Of a stretch of DNA of 64,000 nt, positions 9,951-18,205 are shown in pieces. The stretch is from a virus (Duplodnaviria; Caudoviricetes). Numbering within the stretch: the first letter of the stretch is position 1; each line of letters begins with the position of its first letter. Under the pieces are notes generated by a model. That model saw only the letters and a list, made by a program, of their open reading frames with translations, was not told the DNA's origin and made no database searches. The stretch lies in the IMG/VR virus record IMGVR_UViG_2511231028_000004, positions 1-64,000 of that record; one strand, 5' to 3'. The translations under genes and the position numbers were made by a program.

Positions 9951-10165
9951 CACGCCCAGAAGATTCGCGCGCAGTGGCAGCACACAACATCGCCGCAGGA
10001 GCCGATTGCATGGTGCCGCCCGTCCGGGCTGAGCGCGCAACGAGCGCTGGTGCCGAACGGATCCTCGATTGCGGCGATGACGTTGGCGATCTCGCGCTCG
10101 CCGACGAAACTGATGATGCTGGCAGGTCGCTCGGCGTGGCGGGCCGGTGTGCGGGCGATTTGCAT
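9950..10165 (-). CDS. Hypothetical phage protein (CxxxxCCHC)
   Basis: ORF with RBS, coupled to downstream gene. Confidence 0.6.
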   Translation of the reverse strand: MQIARTPARHAERPASIISFVGEREIANVIAAIEDPFGTSARCALSPDGRHHAIGSCGDVVCCHCARIFWA

Positions 10166-10249
10166 GGTAGTCGTCCCTCTGGCGGTTGAAGATCGCGAGG
10201 AGGGCGGCGGCGATACGCCACGTGCTGCCGCCCGGCCGCGCTGGTGAAC

Positions 10250-10708
10250 TCAAGCGAACTGGTTCCGGCTGTCGTGACGGGCATGGGCTGCGCGATACCC
10301 GCGATAGCCATTCCGCTTCGCGGCCGCGCGCTTGATGGCTTCGTCGAGCACGTCGCGTGTGGCCTGGTTGAAGAGATCAGGGTTGATGAAGCGTTCGCGC
10401 AGGCTCTTCTGCGCGGCGAAGGTTTTCGACATCGTCGCCACCAGGATGCTGCGATCGAACGCCTCGATCGTCAGCATCGCCTTCGGCACCCACAGGGCGC
10501 GGCTGTAGATTCCACAGTCGGAGACGAGCAGGGCCTTCTCCGTTTGCCCATGGCGCACCAGCACCAGGGCCGTCCTGCCGGGGCTGGTCGCCAGGACGGC
10601 CCTTCGGCCACAGCCGCGAGTTGCTATCCCCGCGGTGAAGGTGTCGATGGAATGGGCGATGTTACGCATGACGCTACTTTCCTTGCGCTTGTGATGAAGC
10701 TTGATCAT
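10250..10708 (-). CDS. Hypothetical phage protein
   Basis: Leftward early operon, ATGA overlap. Confidence 0.65.
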   Translation of the reverse strand: MIKLHHKRKESSVMRNIAHSIDTFTAGIATRGCGRRAVLATSPGRTALVLVRHGQTEKALLVSDCGIYSRALWVPKAMLTIEAFDRSILVATMSKTFAAQKSLRERFINPDLFNQATRDVLDEAIKRAAAKRNGYRGYRAAHARHDSRNQFA

Positions 10709-10920
10709 GCGACCTCCAAGAGGTCGCGGCGCGCATGAAAGCCCGAAAGCTTGCAGGCGAGATCATGCAACGCTTGGGATTTGTCTTGATGCTTGGTGAC
10801 GCACGCTGTCGTGTATCGATCGGGGCGCGCCTCGTAATAGTCAGCCTGTGACTGGCGTCGGCTGATCGCCATGTCGAGGGCTTCGAGGAGCAGCTGAAGT
10901 TCGGCGACGGTCAGGGTCAT
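10705..10920 (-). CDS. Hypothetical phage protein
   Basis: ATGA overlaps. Confidence 0.65.
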   Translation of the reverse strand: MTLTVAELQLLLEALDMAISRRQSQADYYEARPDRYTTACVTKHQDKSQALHDLACKLSGFHARRDLLEVA

Positions 10921-11405
10921 GCCGCCTCGTCCTGCAAAGCCGGCAGCGACCGCAGCTCGGCCGACGCGAGTAGCCAGTTAATGTGCAGCGCCTCGAAAAT
11001 GGCGGGCTCAGACGCAGCGGCGCCGCGCCGGAAGGCGCTGAGCACTTCCTGCTCGATCGACGCGATGGTTTCGCGGGTTTCTTGATAGCGGCGCTGAGCG
11101 GCGCGCTGCGCGATGTCGGCCAGCCGGCATTTGTCGATCAGGTTGTCGCGCTGGACGACGGCCCAAATTTGATCCCAGATCGCCGATTGCGCCTTCGACG
11201 TCCGATCGAGCGCGCGGTGTTCGTCGCGGCGGGTATCTTTTTTGGCCGTGACGGGATTTGAGTGGATGACGTCCTCGGGCTGGCCGTGTCGATCAAGCCA
11301 GACGTGGAAACGGCGATCGCCGATCGTCCAGTGAATCGTCGGCTGCCCGCCGATCCCGCCGGTATGGACGTGGATGTCCTCGATCTTCGGCTTGGCGGAC
11401 GGCAT
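10917..11405 (-). CDS. Hypothetical phage protein, first gene of leftward early operon
   Basis: RBS GGGAG, downstream of operator/promoter block. Confidence 0.7.
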   Translation of the reverse strand: MPSAKPKIEDIHVHTGGIGGQPTIHWTIGDRRFHVWLDRHGQPEDVIHSNPVTAKKDTRRDEHRALDRTSKAQSAIWDQIWAVVQRDNLIDKCRLADIAQRAAQRRYQETRETIASIEQEVLSAFRRGAAASEPAIFEALHINWLLASAELRSLPALQDEAA

Positions 11406-11438
11406 GGAAGGCTCCCGTGAAGTGGTTCACGGGAAGAT

Positions 11439-11488
11439 ATTTCCCACAGAAATAATCTGCCGTCAATAAAAACATTTCTGTGGGAAAT
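11439..11488. promoter_or_regulatory. OL-like operator pair and PL-like promoter
   Basis: ATTTCCCACAGAAAT (11439-11453) and its exact reverse complement ATTTCTGTGGGAAAT (11474-11488); minus-strand TTGACG at 11466-11461. Confidence 0.75.
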
Positions 11489-11534
11489 GTCATCGGGCGC
11501 ACAGCGCCATCGAGCCGATTTTTGGCTGCGCAGG

Positions 11535-11840
11535 TTAGGCCCGCAGGCGCTGTTTCTGAAGGATCGCTTCCTGGGCTTTGGGCGAGAGCTTCTTGAGCGC
11601 GTCCAGCTCCGCCTTTCGCGGGAGCGGACGGTAGAAGTCGTTGATCGTGACCTTCAGGTGTTCGGAAATCCGCAGCAAATAAAGCACGTTAACGTTGGGC
11701 TTCCGGTTGGCGATGATGTTGGAAACATAGCCTTGGCTGCATCCCGCGATCTTGGCCGCCTCCGTCACGTCCAACTCGAAAAAGTCGAGCCACTGGCCGA
11801 GAAACATCTGCGGAAGGTCTTCGTCATCATGCTTGCCCAT
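11535..11840 (-). CDS. cI: Phage repressor, XRE HTH (101 aa, no S24 peptidase domain)
   Basis: LDVTEAAKIAGCSQGYVSNIIANRKPN..LLRISEHL; divergent from cro. Confidence 0.85.
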   Translation of the reverse strand: MGKHDDEDLPQMFLGQWLDFFELDVTEAAKIAGCSQGYVSNIIANRKPNVNVLYLLRISEHLKVTINDFYRPLPRKAELDALKKLSPKAQEAILQKQRLRA

Positions 11841-11874
11841 GAGCCATTTTAGGATGCTCGGCACCGGCGCCGAC

Positions 11875-11924
11875 GTTTCCCGGAGAAATATTGCGGCTTG
11901 ACTGGAATCATTTCCGGGGGAAAT
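11875..11924. promoter_or_regulatory. OR-like operator pair and PR-like promoter
   Basis: GTTTC-CCGGA-GAAAT (11875-11889), ATTTC-CGGGG-GAAAT (11910-11924); TTGACT -35 between them. Confidence 0.75.
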
Positions 11925-11934
11925 ACTCTCACCC

Positions 11935-12150
11935 ATGTCTGATTCGCACCCGATGCTCCGCTGGGCGGCCGAGAACGGCAAAACCGTCAAGGAATTGGCG
12001 GCCGCGGCGGGCTGTTCGGACTCGCACATGCGAAACATATTCGCGGGCCGCAAGGAAGCGTCTCTTCGGATGGCTGTGCGTCTGAGCGAGTTCTCGGGTG
12101 GGGTGGTGCCGGCTGATGCCTTCTTGCGACCCGAAGGAGCCCGCGCATGA
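11935..12150 (+). CDS. cro: Cro-like HTH protein
   Basis: TVKELAAAAGCSDSHMRNIFAGRKEASLRMAVRL; divergent from cI. Confidence 0.85.
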   Translation: MSDSHPMLRWAAENGKTVKELAAAAGCSDSHMRNIFAGRKEASLRMAVRLSEFSGGVVPADAFLRPEGARA

Positions 12151-12502
12151 CGCCGCACGGGAAAGCGAACCACTGTACCCATACTCAACCCCCGCTTGTT
12201 CTTGCTTGTTTGTCCTATCCTGATGGGGGCAACAGGAACCTTCAACAGAAATCTTCACATATCCGTCAAAGTGCGGAGGATGTGTCCCGGGACGAAACAG
12301 GTTTTGCGCGCTCAGGTTGCGCAGCCGCGCAGGAGCGTCAGGCCGAGCGCGACCACGATCAGCGCCGCCATGCAGATCAGCGTGCGATAGCCGGTACGGT
12401 TGATGCGCTTCATGAGAATTTCCCGACAGGAACAGTGCAGCGTTGCGGAGCCGTGCTGCAAGTTCGATCGACAGCGTCGCGTTGCGTGAGAGGTGCGTCA
12501 GA

Positions 12503-12775
12503 ATGTCCATGGCCGAATCGTGCACATTGCCGCCGGTGCGGCCAAGGAGAACACGAAGAAATCGATTTCTTCGAAACCTCCGGCAAGAAAATCTTCCTCC
12601 ATTCGGACGCGTCTGCGTCGCGCTATTCGGCATCGACAAGCCCGGTCTCGCGCTCGCGCAGAAGGCCGGCTGCACAACGCGCCAGGCTGATCTGTACATC
12701 GACGGCAGCACGCCGCCTTCTTACGAAGCGCTCATGGTCGTGCTCGACGAGCTGCGGCCTCGGCGGCGCGGTTGA
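12503..12775 (+). CDS. Putative CII-like DNA-binding protein
   Basis: Position after cro; LAQKAGCTTRQADLYIDG HTH-like. Confidence 0.5.
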   Translation: MSMAESCTLPPVRPRRTRRNRFLRNLRQENLPPFGRVCVALFGIDKPGLALAQKAGCTTRQADLYIDGSTPPSYEALMVVLDELRPRRRG

Positions 12776-13165
12776 GATAATTGACGGCCGGCATGCCCGG
12801 GGGAATGCAAATGTCGGCGACCGGATCGGCCGTACCCGGCGTCCCGCCCATCCGATGGATACGATATCCGGAGGTCCGACAGGCCCGTCATTCGAATGCC
12901 GTAGCGAAAGCAACCAGAGGCAAGTCCGATCGGCTGGCAAGCCACATGGGCCCCGTAAGACCACGGTCAATCCCGGTCGGAAGGTTGTGAGTAGGCGCGA
13001 CTGCCGCGCAGCAGTCTGCCCGCGGGGTGATGAGCCCCGCGGTTCAATTCGGGAATACCCCAGAGGCGTCAGGTACAGCTCGCAAGGCTCCCTGCGGAAA
13101 GGCCGTACGCACCTCGGTGCCGATGACCGATCCCTCGCGGCACTCAGTGCGCGCCTCGACCTTTT

Positions 13166-13242
13166 TGCAGGGTGGAGCAGCCCGGTAGCTCGCAAGGCTC
13201 ATAACCTTGAGGCCGTCAGTTCGAATCTGACCCCTGCAACCA
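13166..13242 (+). tRNA. tRNA-Met(CAT), initiator-like scaffold
   Basis: TGCAGGG/CCCTGCA acceptor, GAGC/GCTC D stem, CAAGG-CTCATAA-CCTTG, GTCAG-TTCGAAT-CTGAC, ACCA end; 77 nt. Confidence 0.92.
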
Positions 13243-13552
13243 ATTTTCGCGGTGAGGCGGGCGGCGACGCTCGCAAACAACCATCTATGGCAACGCGGCT
13301 GATGCCACCGCGCCCGCGGAGCGAGATTTCAGTTTGGGCCGCCGTAGCTACAGCAGGTGCACCACGCGGGACTGCTGCATCCCGGCTCGCTTCAGCGGGC
13401 GCGGCCCAATTCAGTTCGGACGACGGCCTTGGCATCCATCAGCCCGGGTCAATGACACGGGGTACCAGAGCAAAGGTTCAAACTCCGTCGGGAAGGGCGC
13501 GTGATCGCGCTATGTGCCCCGCCGTCGTCCGGAGCTTTGCGGGGAGGGCGGC

Positions 13553-14080
13553 ATGAGCGAGGCCGACGGCGATATCAAGTTCGAGCCGGCCAACATGGGT
13601 CAGGCACTCGGCGTCCTGGTCGATGTCGTCGGCTGCTACATCAGCGCCGCGCACACGGCGGCATTTGCCGACGATCGCAAGAAGTCCGCGCAGGTCAACC
13701 TTACACTGTTCCTGCACGGCCTCTGCATGCGCTCGAAGTACAAGGCCGAGACGGCCGACATCCTGGACATGGTCAGCGCTGAGCTTCGCAGGTCGACGCA
13801 AGAGGAAGCGGGCGCCGATGCAATGACCGCTGATCTCTTGAAGCCAAACGGCAATGACGGCGTGGTCAATGCCGAGATCTGCTTCGGTTCACTCCTGCTC
13901 GTCGGCGACGTCGACGTCTCCCCGGAGATGGTCGCGACATGGGCGCAGGATCAGATGGACCTCGCCTATGACTGGGCGATGCGCGTTCATCTGCATGCCA
14001 GCGACAACAACGACGTCTTCGTCCCCGAGCGACCCGACTTCATTCCGAGATCCGTGAGGCCATCCAGCACCGATAGCTGA
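13553..14080 (+). CDS. Hypothetical phage protein
   Basis: Strong RBS GGGGAGGG, GC3-biased codons. Confidence 0.7.
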   Translation: MSEADGDIKFEPANMGQALGVLVDVVGCYISAAHTAAFADDRKKSAQVNLTLFLHGLCMRSKYKAETADILDMVSAELRRSTQEEAGADAMTADLLKPNGNDGVVNAEICFGSLLLVGDVDVSPEMVATWAQDQMDLAYDWAMRVHLHASDNNDVFVPERPDFIPRSVRPSSTDS

Positions 14081-14199
14081 AATCCTCGCGCCCAGTTCAA
14101 GTAAGCGTCACCAGCGTATCCCGACATCACCCGCAATTGCACCCGTCCGGTCACTTCCGGACGTGAGCCTCTGCGTCCCTGCAACAGGAGGGCATCTCG

Positions 14200-14439
14200 A
14201 TGCTTGCCGACCAGTCGTTGCTTCACGCCGCCATTACCGCGTGCCTGGTTCACGTCCAGGTCGGTTCGCTGGTGTGGTTCTGGGTCTATTGCCGCGGGCG
14301 CCTGGTGCACGTCTACGCGACCGAGCTGACCGGCGCCGGCGACGTGCTCGACTTCATCGGCAACGCCCTGATCACGCTGGTGCTGATCTGTGGCTGGCCG
14401 TTCATGCTGATCGCGCTTCGCAAGGGCAAGCTGCAATGA
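14200..14439 (+). CDS. Small membrane protein
   Basis: RBS AGGAGG; two hydrophobic segments. Confidence 0.7.
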   Translation: MLADQSLLHAAITACLVHVQVGSLVWFWVYCRGRLVHVYATELTGAGDVLDFIGNALITLVLICGWPFMLIALRKGKLQ

Positions 14440-14597
14440 CGAGCGCCGAACACGAGCGGCGCAGGCTGATCGAGCGCAATGCCTTGCGCGGCTATCGCGC
14501 CATGCCATCGGGTCCGTCCAAGGCGGATATGCAGCGCGATCTTGAGCAGGCCGTCCGCAACACCGCAGCGACTCCTGCGAAGGAGGAGCAAACATGA
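14436..14597 (+). CDS. Hypothetical phage protein
   Basis: ATGA overlaps both sides. Confidence 0.6.
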   Translation: MTSAEHERRRLIERNALRGYRAMPSGPSKADMQRDLEQAVRNTAATPAKEEQT

Positions 14598-14929
14598 TCC
14601 GCATCATCGACATCCTGGCGGCGCTGCTGCCCGTCATTCTCATCGTGATCGCGCTGCTGCTGGTATGCGCGGTACGGATCGTCCGCCGAGGGGCCGCGTC
14701 CAGGTCTTCGCTTTCCGCGGCAGCGGACGATCCGTTCTTCTTTCCGTTCGGCGAGGTGCCGACCCTACCGCGCGAGCGCCAGATGGTGGCGCGCGACTTC
14801 CGTGCGTGGGGCATTCCTCTGCGCACCAAGCCTTCCGCAGGCGCCCTCCGGCGGAACGAGAACGGCGGCCGTCCCTCCTCCCTCTCGAGGACGGCCGTCG
14901 TTCTCACTTTTCGCAAGAGAGGTGCGTGA
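14594..14929 (+). CDS. Hypothetical protein with N-terminal TM
   Basis: RBS AGGAGG, hydrophobic N-terminus. Confidence 0.6.
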   Translation: MIRIIDILAALLPVILIVIALLLVCAVRIVRRGAASRSSLSAAADDPFFFPFGEVPTLPRERQMVARDFRAWGIPLRTKPSAGALRRNENGGRPSSLSRTAVVLTFRKRGA

Positions 14930-15264
14930 TGCAGCAACACCTCACCCGCATCGAGCAGGCCAACCTCATCGCGGGCCACGCCGTCTCCTACGCCACCGCC
15001 TATCTCGACGGGCGCCACAATGCGCAGCAGCTCGGCGACAACGCCGACCGGCTTTTCCTCGATCTCCTGGTGGTCGAGACACCCGAGACCAGCACCTTCC
15101 TCATCCCGGTGCAGCTTCTCGTCATCACCATGATGCGCACGGCGAAGTGCGCGCGCGATCTCTCGCAATGGCCGTCGCGGGAGGATCGTTGGCAGTCCGT
15201 CATCGCTTCCCTTGTCGAGCTCGTCACCCACGAAAGCCGCCATCTTACGAAGGACCGCGCATGA
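14929..15264 (+). CDS. Hypothetical phage protein
   Basis: TGATG coupling. Confidence 0.65.
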   Translation: MQQHLTRIEQANLIAGHAVSYATAYLDGRHNAQQLGDNADRLFLDLLVVETPETSTFLIPVQLLVITMMRTAKCARDLSQWPSREDRWQSVIASLVELVTHESRHLTKDRA

Positions 15265-15596
15265 AGCCGCTCTCTCAGTCGCTGACGGAGCTGATCGTCT
15301 TCACCGAGGAAGTGGTGACGAAGCCGGCGCGCCATCATGGCCTTGCCGCCGATTTGCGGTTCACTTCGCTCGCCCAGGAGATCCGCGCCGCCGACCGTCG
15401 CCCCGCCAGCGAAGGCGTCCGCTGCACCCATGCCGGCATGGCGATCGTGGCCAGTACCGAAGGCTTTTTCGCCGGCGACATGGACCCGGGCTCGCGCTGG
15501 CTCGCCGCGATCGGCGCGCTCCTGCCGGCGCTGCGCGTCGAGGCCTGGCAGCAGGTGAAGAACGAGAAGGCGGCGACGCAGGAGACGCGGCGATGA
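15261..15596 (+). CDS. Hypothetical phage protein
   Basis: ATGA coupling. Confidence 0.65.
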   Translation: MKPLSQSLTELIVFTEEVVTKPARHHGLAADLRFTSLAQEIRAADRRPASEGVRCTHAGMAIVASTEGFFAGDMDPGSRWLAAIGALLPALRVEAWQQVKNEKAATQETRR

Positions 15597-16018
15597 GCGT
15601 GCAGATCACCCACTATTCCGGCATTGATGGTACGCCGGCGGTCGCCTTGGCGCTGCGCGGCCAATACGAAATGATCAATGACGGCGGCGAGCAGGCCGTC
15701 GGCTTGCATCACAGCTACAATGGCATCTTGGCGTCTATCGATGGCAAGGCCGTTGGCGTCATCATCTGGTTCGAACAGAAGGACAGCCACCGGCTTTGGC
15801 TCCAGCTCGGCTATGTCCTGCCGGAGCATCGCCGGAACGGCATCTACAATATGCTTTGGGATCAGTTGGTCGACAAGGCGCGAAAGCTGGGGGCCTCTGC
15901 GATCTGGAGCGGCACGGCGATCGGCAACGATGCGATGCGGGCCGTCGCGCGCAAACAGGGCCGGAAGGAAATCGCGGTCAGCCTGAAGTTCGACGTGCCG
16001 GAGCTGGCTCGACAATGA
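15593..16018 (+). CDS. GNAT family N-acetyltransferase
   Basis: YVLPEHRRNGIYNML acetyl-CoA motif A; NDAMRAV. Confidence 0.85.
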   Translation: MSVQITHYSGIDGTPAVALALRGQYEMINDGGEQAVGLHHSYNGILASIDGKAVGVIIWFEQKDSHRLWLQLGYVLPEHRRNGIYNMLWDQLVDKARKLGASAIWSGTAIGNDAMRAVARKQGRKEIAVSLKFDVPELARQ

Positions 16019-16632
16019 GCCCGCAAGCCCAGCCGCAGGCACAGGCCTATCCCCTGAATTGGCCGTCCGGCTTCCCGCGCTGGAAGCACGGCCGCGGCGC
16101 CGGCACATTCAAGACCAACTTCGAGACGGCGCTTCGCAACGTCAAGAAGAGCCTCGAGCTGTTCGCCAAGGACAGCGGCAAGAAGATCGAAAATCCGATT
16201 CTGTCGAGCAACATCGACTTCAACCCGCTAACCCACAACACCGGCACCCGCCCGGCTGATCCCGGCGTCGCGGTCTGGTTTGCCTGGGACGGTCTTCAGG
16301 TCTGCATCGCGGTCGACCGCTATGACAGCCCGGCGGCGAATCTGCAGGCAATCCACCACATCATCGAAGCCCGCCGCGTTGAGCTGCGCCACGGCACGCT
16401 CGCGCTGGTGCGCGCGACCTTCTCCGGCTTCCAGGCGCTGCCGGCGCCGAAGGGCAAGCACTGGCGGGATATTCTGGAGATCGGCCATGGCGTGCTCGTC
16501 ACCAAGGGCGCGATCGAGGGCAACTACAAGCGCCTGGCGCAGGCCTATCACCCCGACCGCGAAGGCGGATCGATCGACAAGATGTCCGAGCTCAACGCCG
16601 CGCGCGATGCGGCCATCGCGGAGATCGGGTGA
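16015..16632 (+). CDS. J-domain (DnaJ-like) phage protein
   Basis: C-terminal YKRLAQAYHPDREGGSIDKMSELNAA with HPD. Confidence 0.88.
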   Translation: MSPQAQPQAQAYPLNWPSGFPRWKHGRGAGTFKTNFETALRNVKKSLELFAKDSGKKIENPILSSNIDFNPLTHNTGTRPADPGVAVWFAWDGLQVCIAVDRYDSPAANLQAIHHIIEARRVELRHGTLALVRATFSGFQALPAPKGKHWRDILEIGHGVLVTKGAIEGNYKRLAQAYHPDREGGSIDKMSELNAARDAAIAEIG

Positions 16633-16844
16633 TGCGCCAGGATCCCGACGAAGTCGCCCCGCTGGTCGACGCCCGCCTCGCCGAAGCGCTGCGGCAGGTC
16701 GGCCAGAGCCCGCTCGGCATGCCCGCAACCGTCGATACCTTCCGCGCCATGCTCGATCGCGCGGGGCTGGCTCTGGTGCTCAAGCACAATCCCGATTTTC
16801 GTCATTCCGGCCTGGAGCCGGTGAACATGGAGCATGACACATGA
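16629..16844 (+). CDS. Hypothetical phage protein
   Basis: Coupled between J-domain gene and DGR target. Confidence 0.65.
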   Translation: MMRQDPDEVAPLVDARLAEALRQVGQSPLGMPATVDTFRAMLDRAGLALVLKHNPDFRHSGLEPVNMEHDT

Positions 16845-17734
16845 ACGCAACTGCGAAGATTGAGGACGCCACACCGCTGCTCGCCAAGATCGACCCGGCG
16901 GCGCCGGTGCTCAAGGTCGAGGGCCTTGGCCGGTTGCAGATCAAGGCCGGCACGTTCTTCAACGGCGGCGGTTTCTCGGCCGACACCGAGGTGAAGATCA
17001 CCTCGCTCGAGCCCGGGACCGACTATGTGGTGCGGATCTCGGGCGACGGCCCGGTCGCCGTGCCCTATGCCAATCGAGGCGATGATCCGTTCATCGGTGG
17101 CTTTCACTTTGCACCAGGCGGCAATGCCGAGGCGCGCAAGGGCGGCGACACCGTGCCGGCGATCAACCCGTACTCGCTCTGGGATCACAATTTCCGCCCC
17201 GCGTGCCTGGACCCGCGCGGCATGGTGCTGGTCGAAGCGCCCGGCCATCGCTTCTGGTGCGATATCTACCTGACCGGCGCCGAGCATTTGGAGAACGGCA
17301 CCAGCGCCTTCGACGCGCTGATCGCCGATGGCCGCGATTGCCCGACCGATCCGGCCACCGGGAGGCGGTTCAAGCGCTTCGACTACGCCGCGGCCTGCGC
17401 CGTGATGAAGCACCACGGCAAGCAGCTGCTGTCGTTCGAAGAGTTCGCCGCCGCAGCATTCGGCGTCACCGAGCGCACCGCGACGAACAGCGATCCGGTG
17501 CGAACCAACCTCGACGCCCCGCGCACCAGCAAGTTCGGCCTGATGCAGGCGGCCGGCAACATGTGGGTGTGGGGCCACGATGGCGATCCCGACGAGCCGC
17601 GCGCTTCGATCCTCGGCGGGTCCTGGTGGGTCGAGGGCGACGCGGGCTCGCGCCTCGCGGGCCTCGGCGACTGGGCGGACGACTCGGGCGAGAGCATCGG
17701 CGCCCGCGGCCGCAGTGACCACCTGCAAACCTGA
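16841..17734 (+). CDS. mtd: DGR target protein, Mtd-like CLec fold
   Basis: GGFHFAPGGNA, INPYSLWDHNFRPACLDPRGM, FWCDIYL, HGKQL, TSKFGLMQAAGNMWVWG, GGSW..GARGRSDHL, matching BPP-1 Mtd as recalled; VR at 3' end. Confidence 0.92.
   Translation: MNATAKIEDATPLLAKIDPAAPVLKVEGLGRLQIKAGTFFNGGGFSADTEVKITSLEPGTDYVVRISGDGPVAVPYANRGDDPFIGGFHFAPGGNAEARKGGDTVPAINPYSLWDHNFRPACLDPRGMVLVEAPGHRFWCDIYLTGAEHLENGTSAFDALIADGRDCPTDPATGRRFKRFDYAAACAVMKHHGKQLLSFEEFAAAAFGVTERTATNSDPVRTNLDAPRTSKFGLMQAAGNMWVWGHDGDPDEPRASILGGSWWVEGDAGSRLAGLGDWADDSGESIGARGRSDHLQT
17596..17719 (+). repeat. DGR variable repeat (VR) including GC-only IMH run 17698-17713
   Basis: 124-bp copy of 18206..18329; 12 mismatches, all at TR adenines. 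Confidence 0.97.
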
Positions 17735-17737
17735 TCC

Positions 17738-17757
17738 CGCGTCGCGACAGCGACGCG
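17738..17757 (+). promoter_or_regulatory. DGR target-recognition hairpin
   Basis: CGCGTCGC-GACA-GCGACGCG: 8-bp stem with GRNA loop just after the target stop codon. Confidence 0.88.
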
Positions 17758-17781
17758 TCTCCTCGAGGTGAAGCGGATTCG

Positions 17782-18201
17782 ATGATCGTCAGGGACGACA
17801 ATTCGGCGACGGAAGCCCTGGCGATCGTCGAGAAGTACGAGGCTTTCGTGACCTATCTCTATCCGATCCTGCAAAACAGTCCGCGCAAGCATGGCGTCCT
17901 CAGGGACACCGTGCTTGCCCAGATGTTCACGCCGATCGGAGGTCTCTACCACGCGGCGAAGTCGCGGCAGATCTCGAGGCTGTTTGCGATCGATGCCGAG
18001 TTCGCCACGCTGCGCGCGCTGCTGCGTTTCCTGGCGCGCGGCGAGATCAAGATCCTGACGCCGCATCAGCATGTCACCGCACTCGCGCTCCTGGCGCAGC
18101 CGGGCGGCATGCTGAACGCATGGCAGAAGAAGCTTGCGGCATCGGGCACGAACAGGGTTCCGCACGCCGCCGGCGTGCGGAAGGGGGAGGCGGGGCAATG
18201 A
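17782..18201 (+). CDS. avd: DGR accessory variability determinant
   Basis: Basic four-helix protein between target and TR; IVEKYEAFVTYLY, IDAEFATLRALLRF, GGMLNAW. Confidence 0.9.
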   Translation: MIVRDDNSATEALAIVEKYEAFVTYLYPILQNSPRKHGVLRDTVLAQMFTPIGGLYHAAKSRQISRLFAIDAEFATLRALLRFLARGEIKILTPHQHVTALALLAQPGGMLNAWQKKLAASGTNRVPHAAGVRKGEAGQ

Positions 18202-18205
18202 TGTC

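Noticed and set aside
12147-13556. 469-aa plus-strand ORF spanning the tRNA
   Set aside because: Overlaps the CII-like gene and tRNA-Met; low-complexity Arg/Ala/Ser composition typical of chance ORFs in GC-rich DNA.
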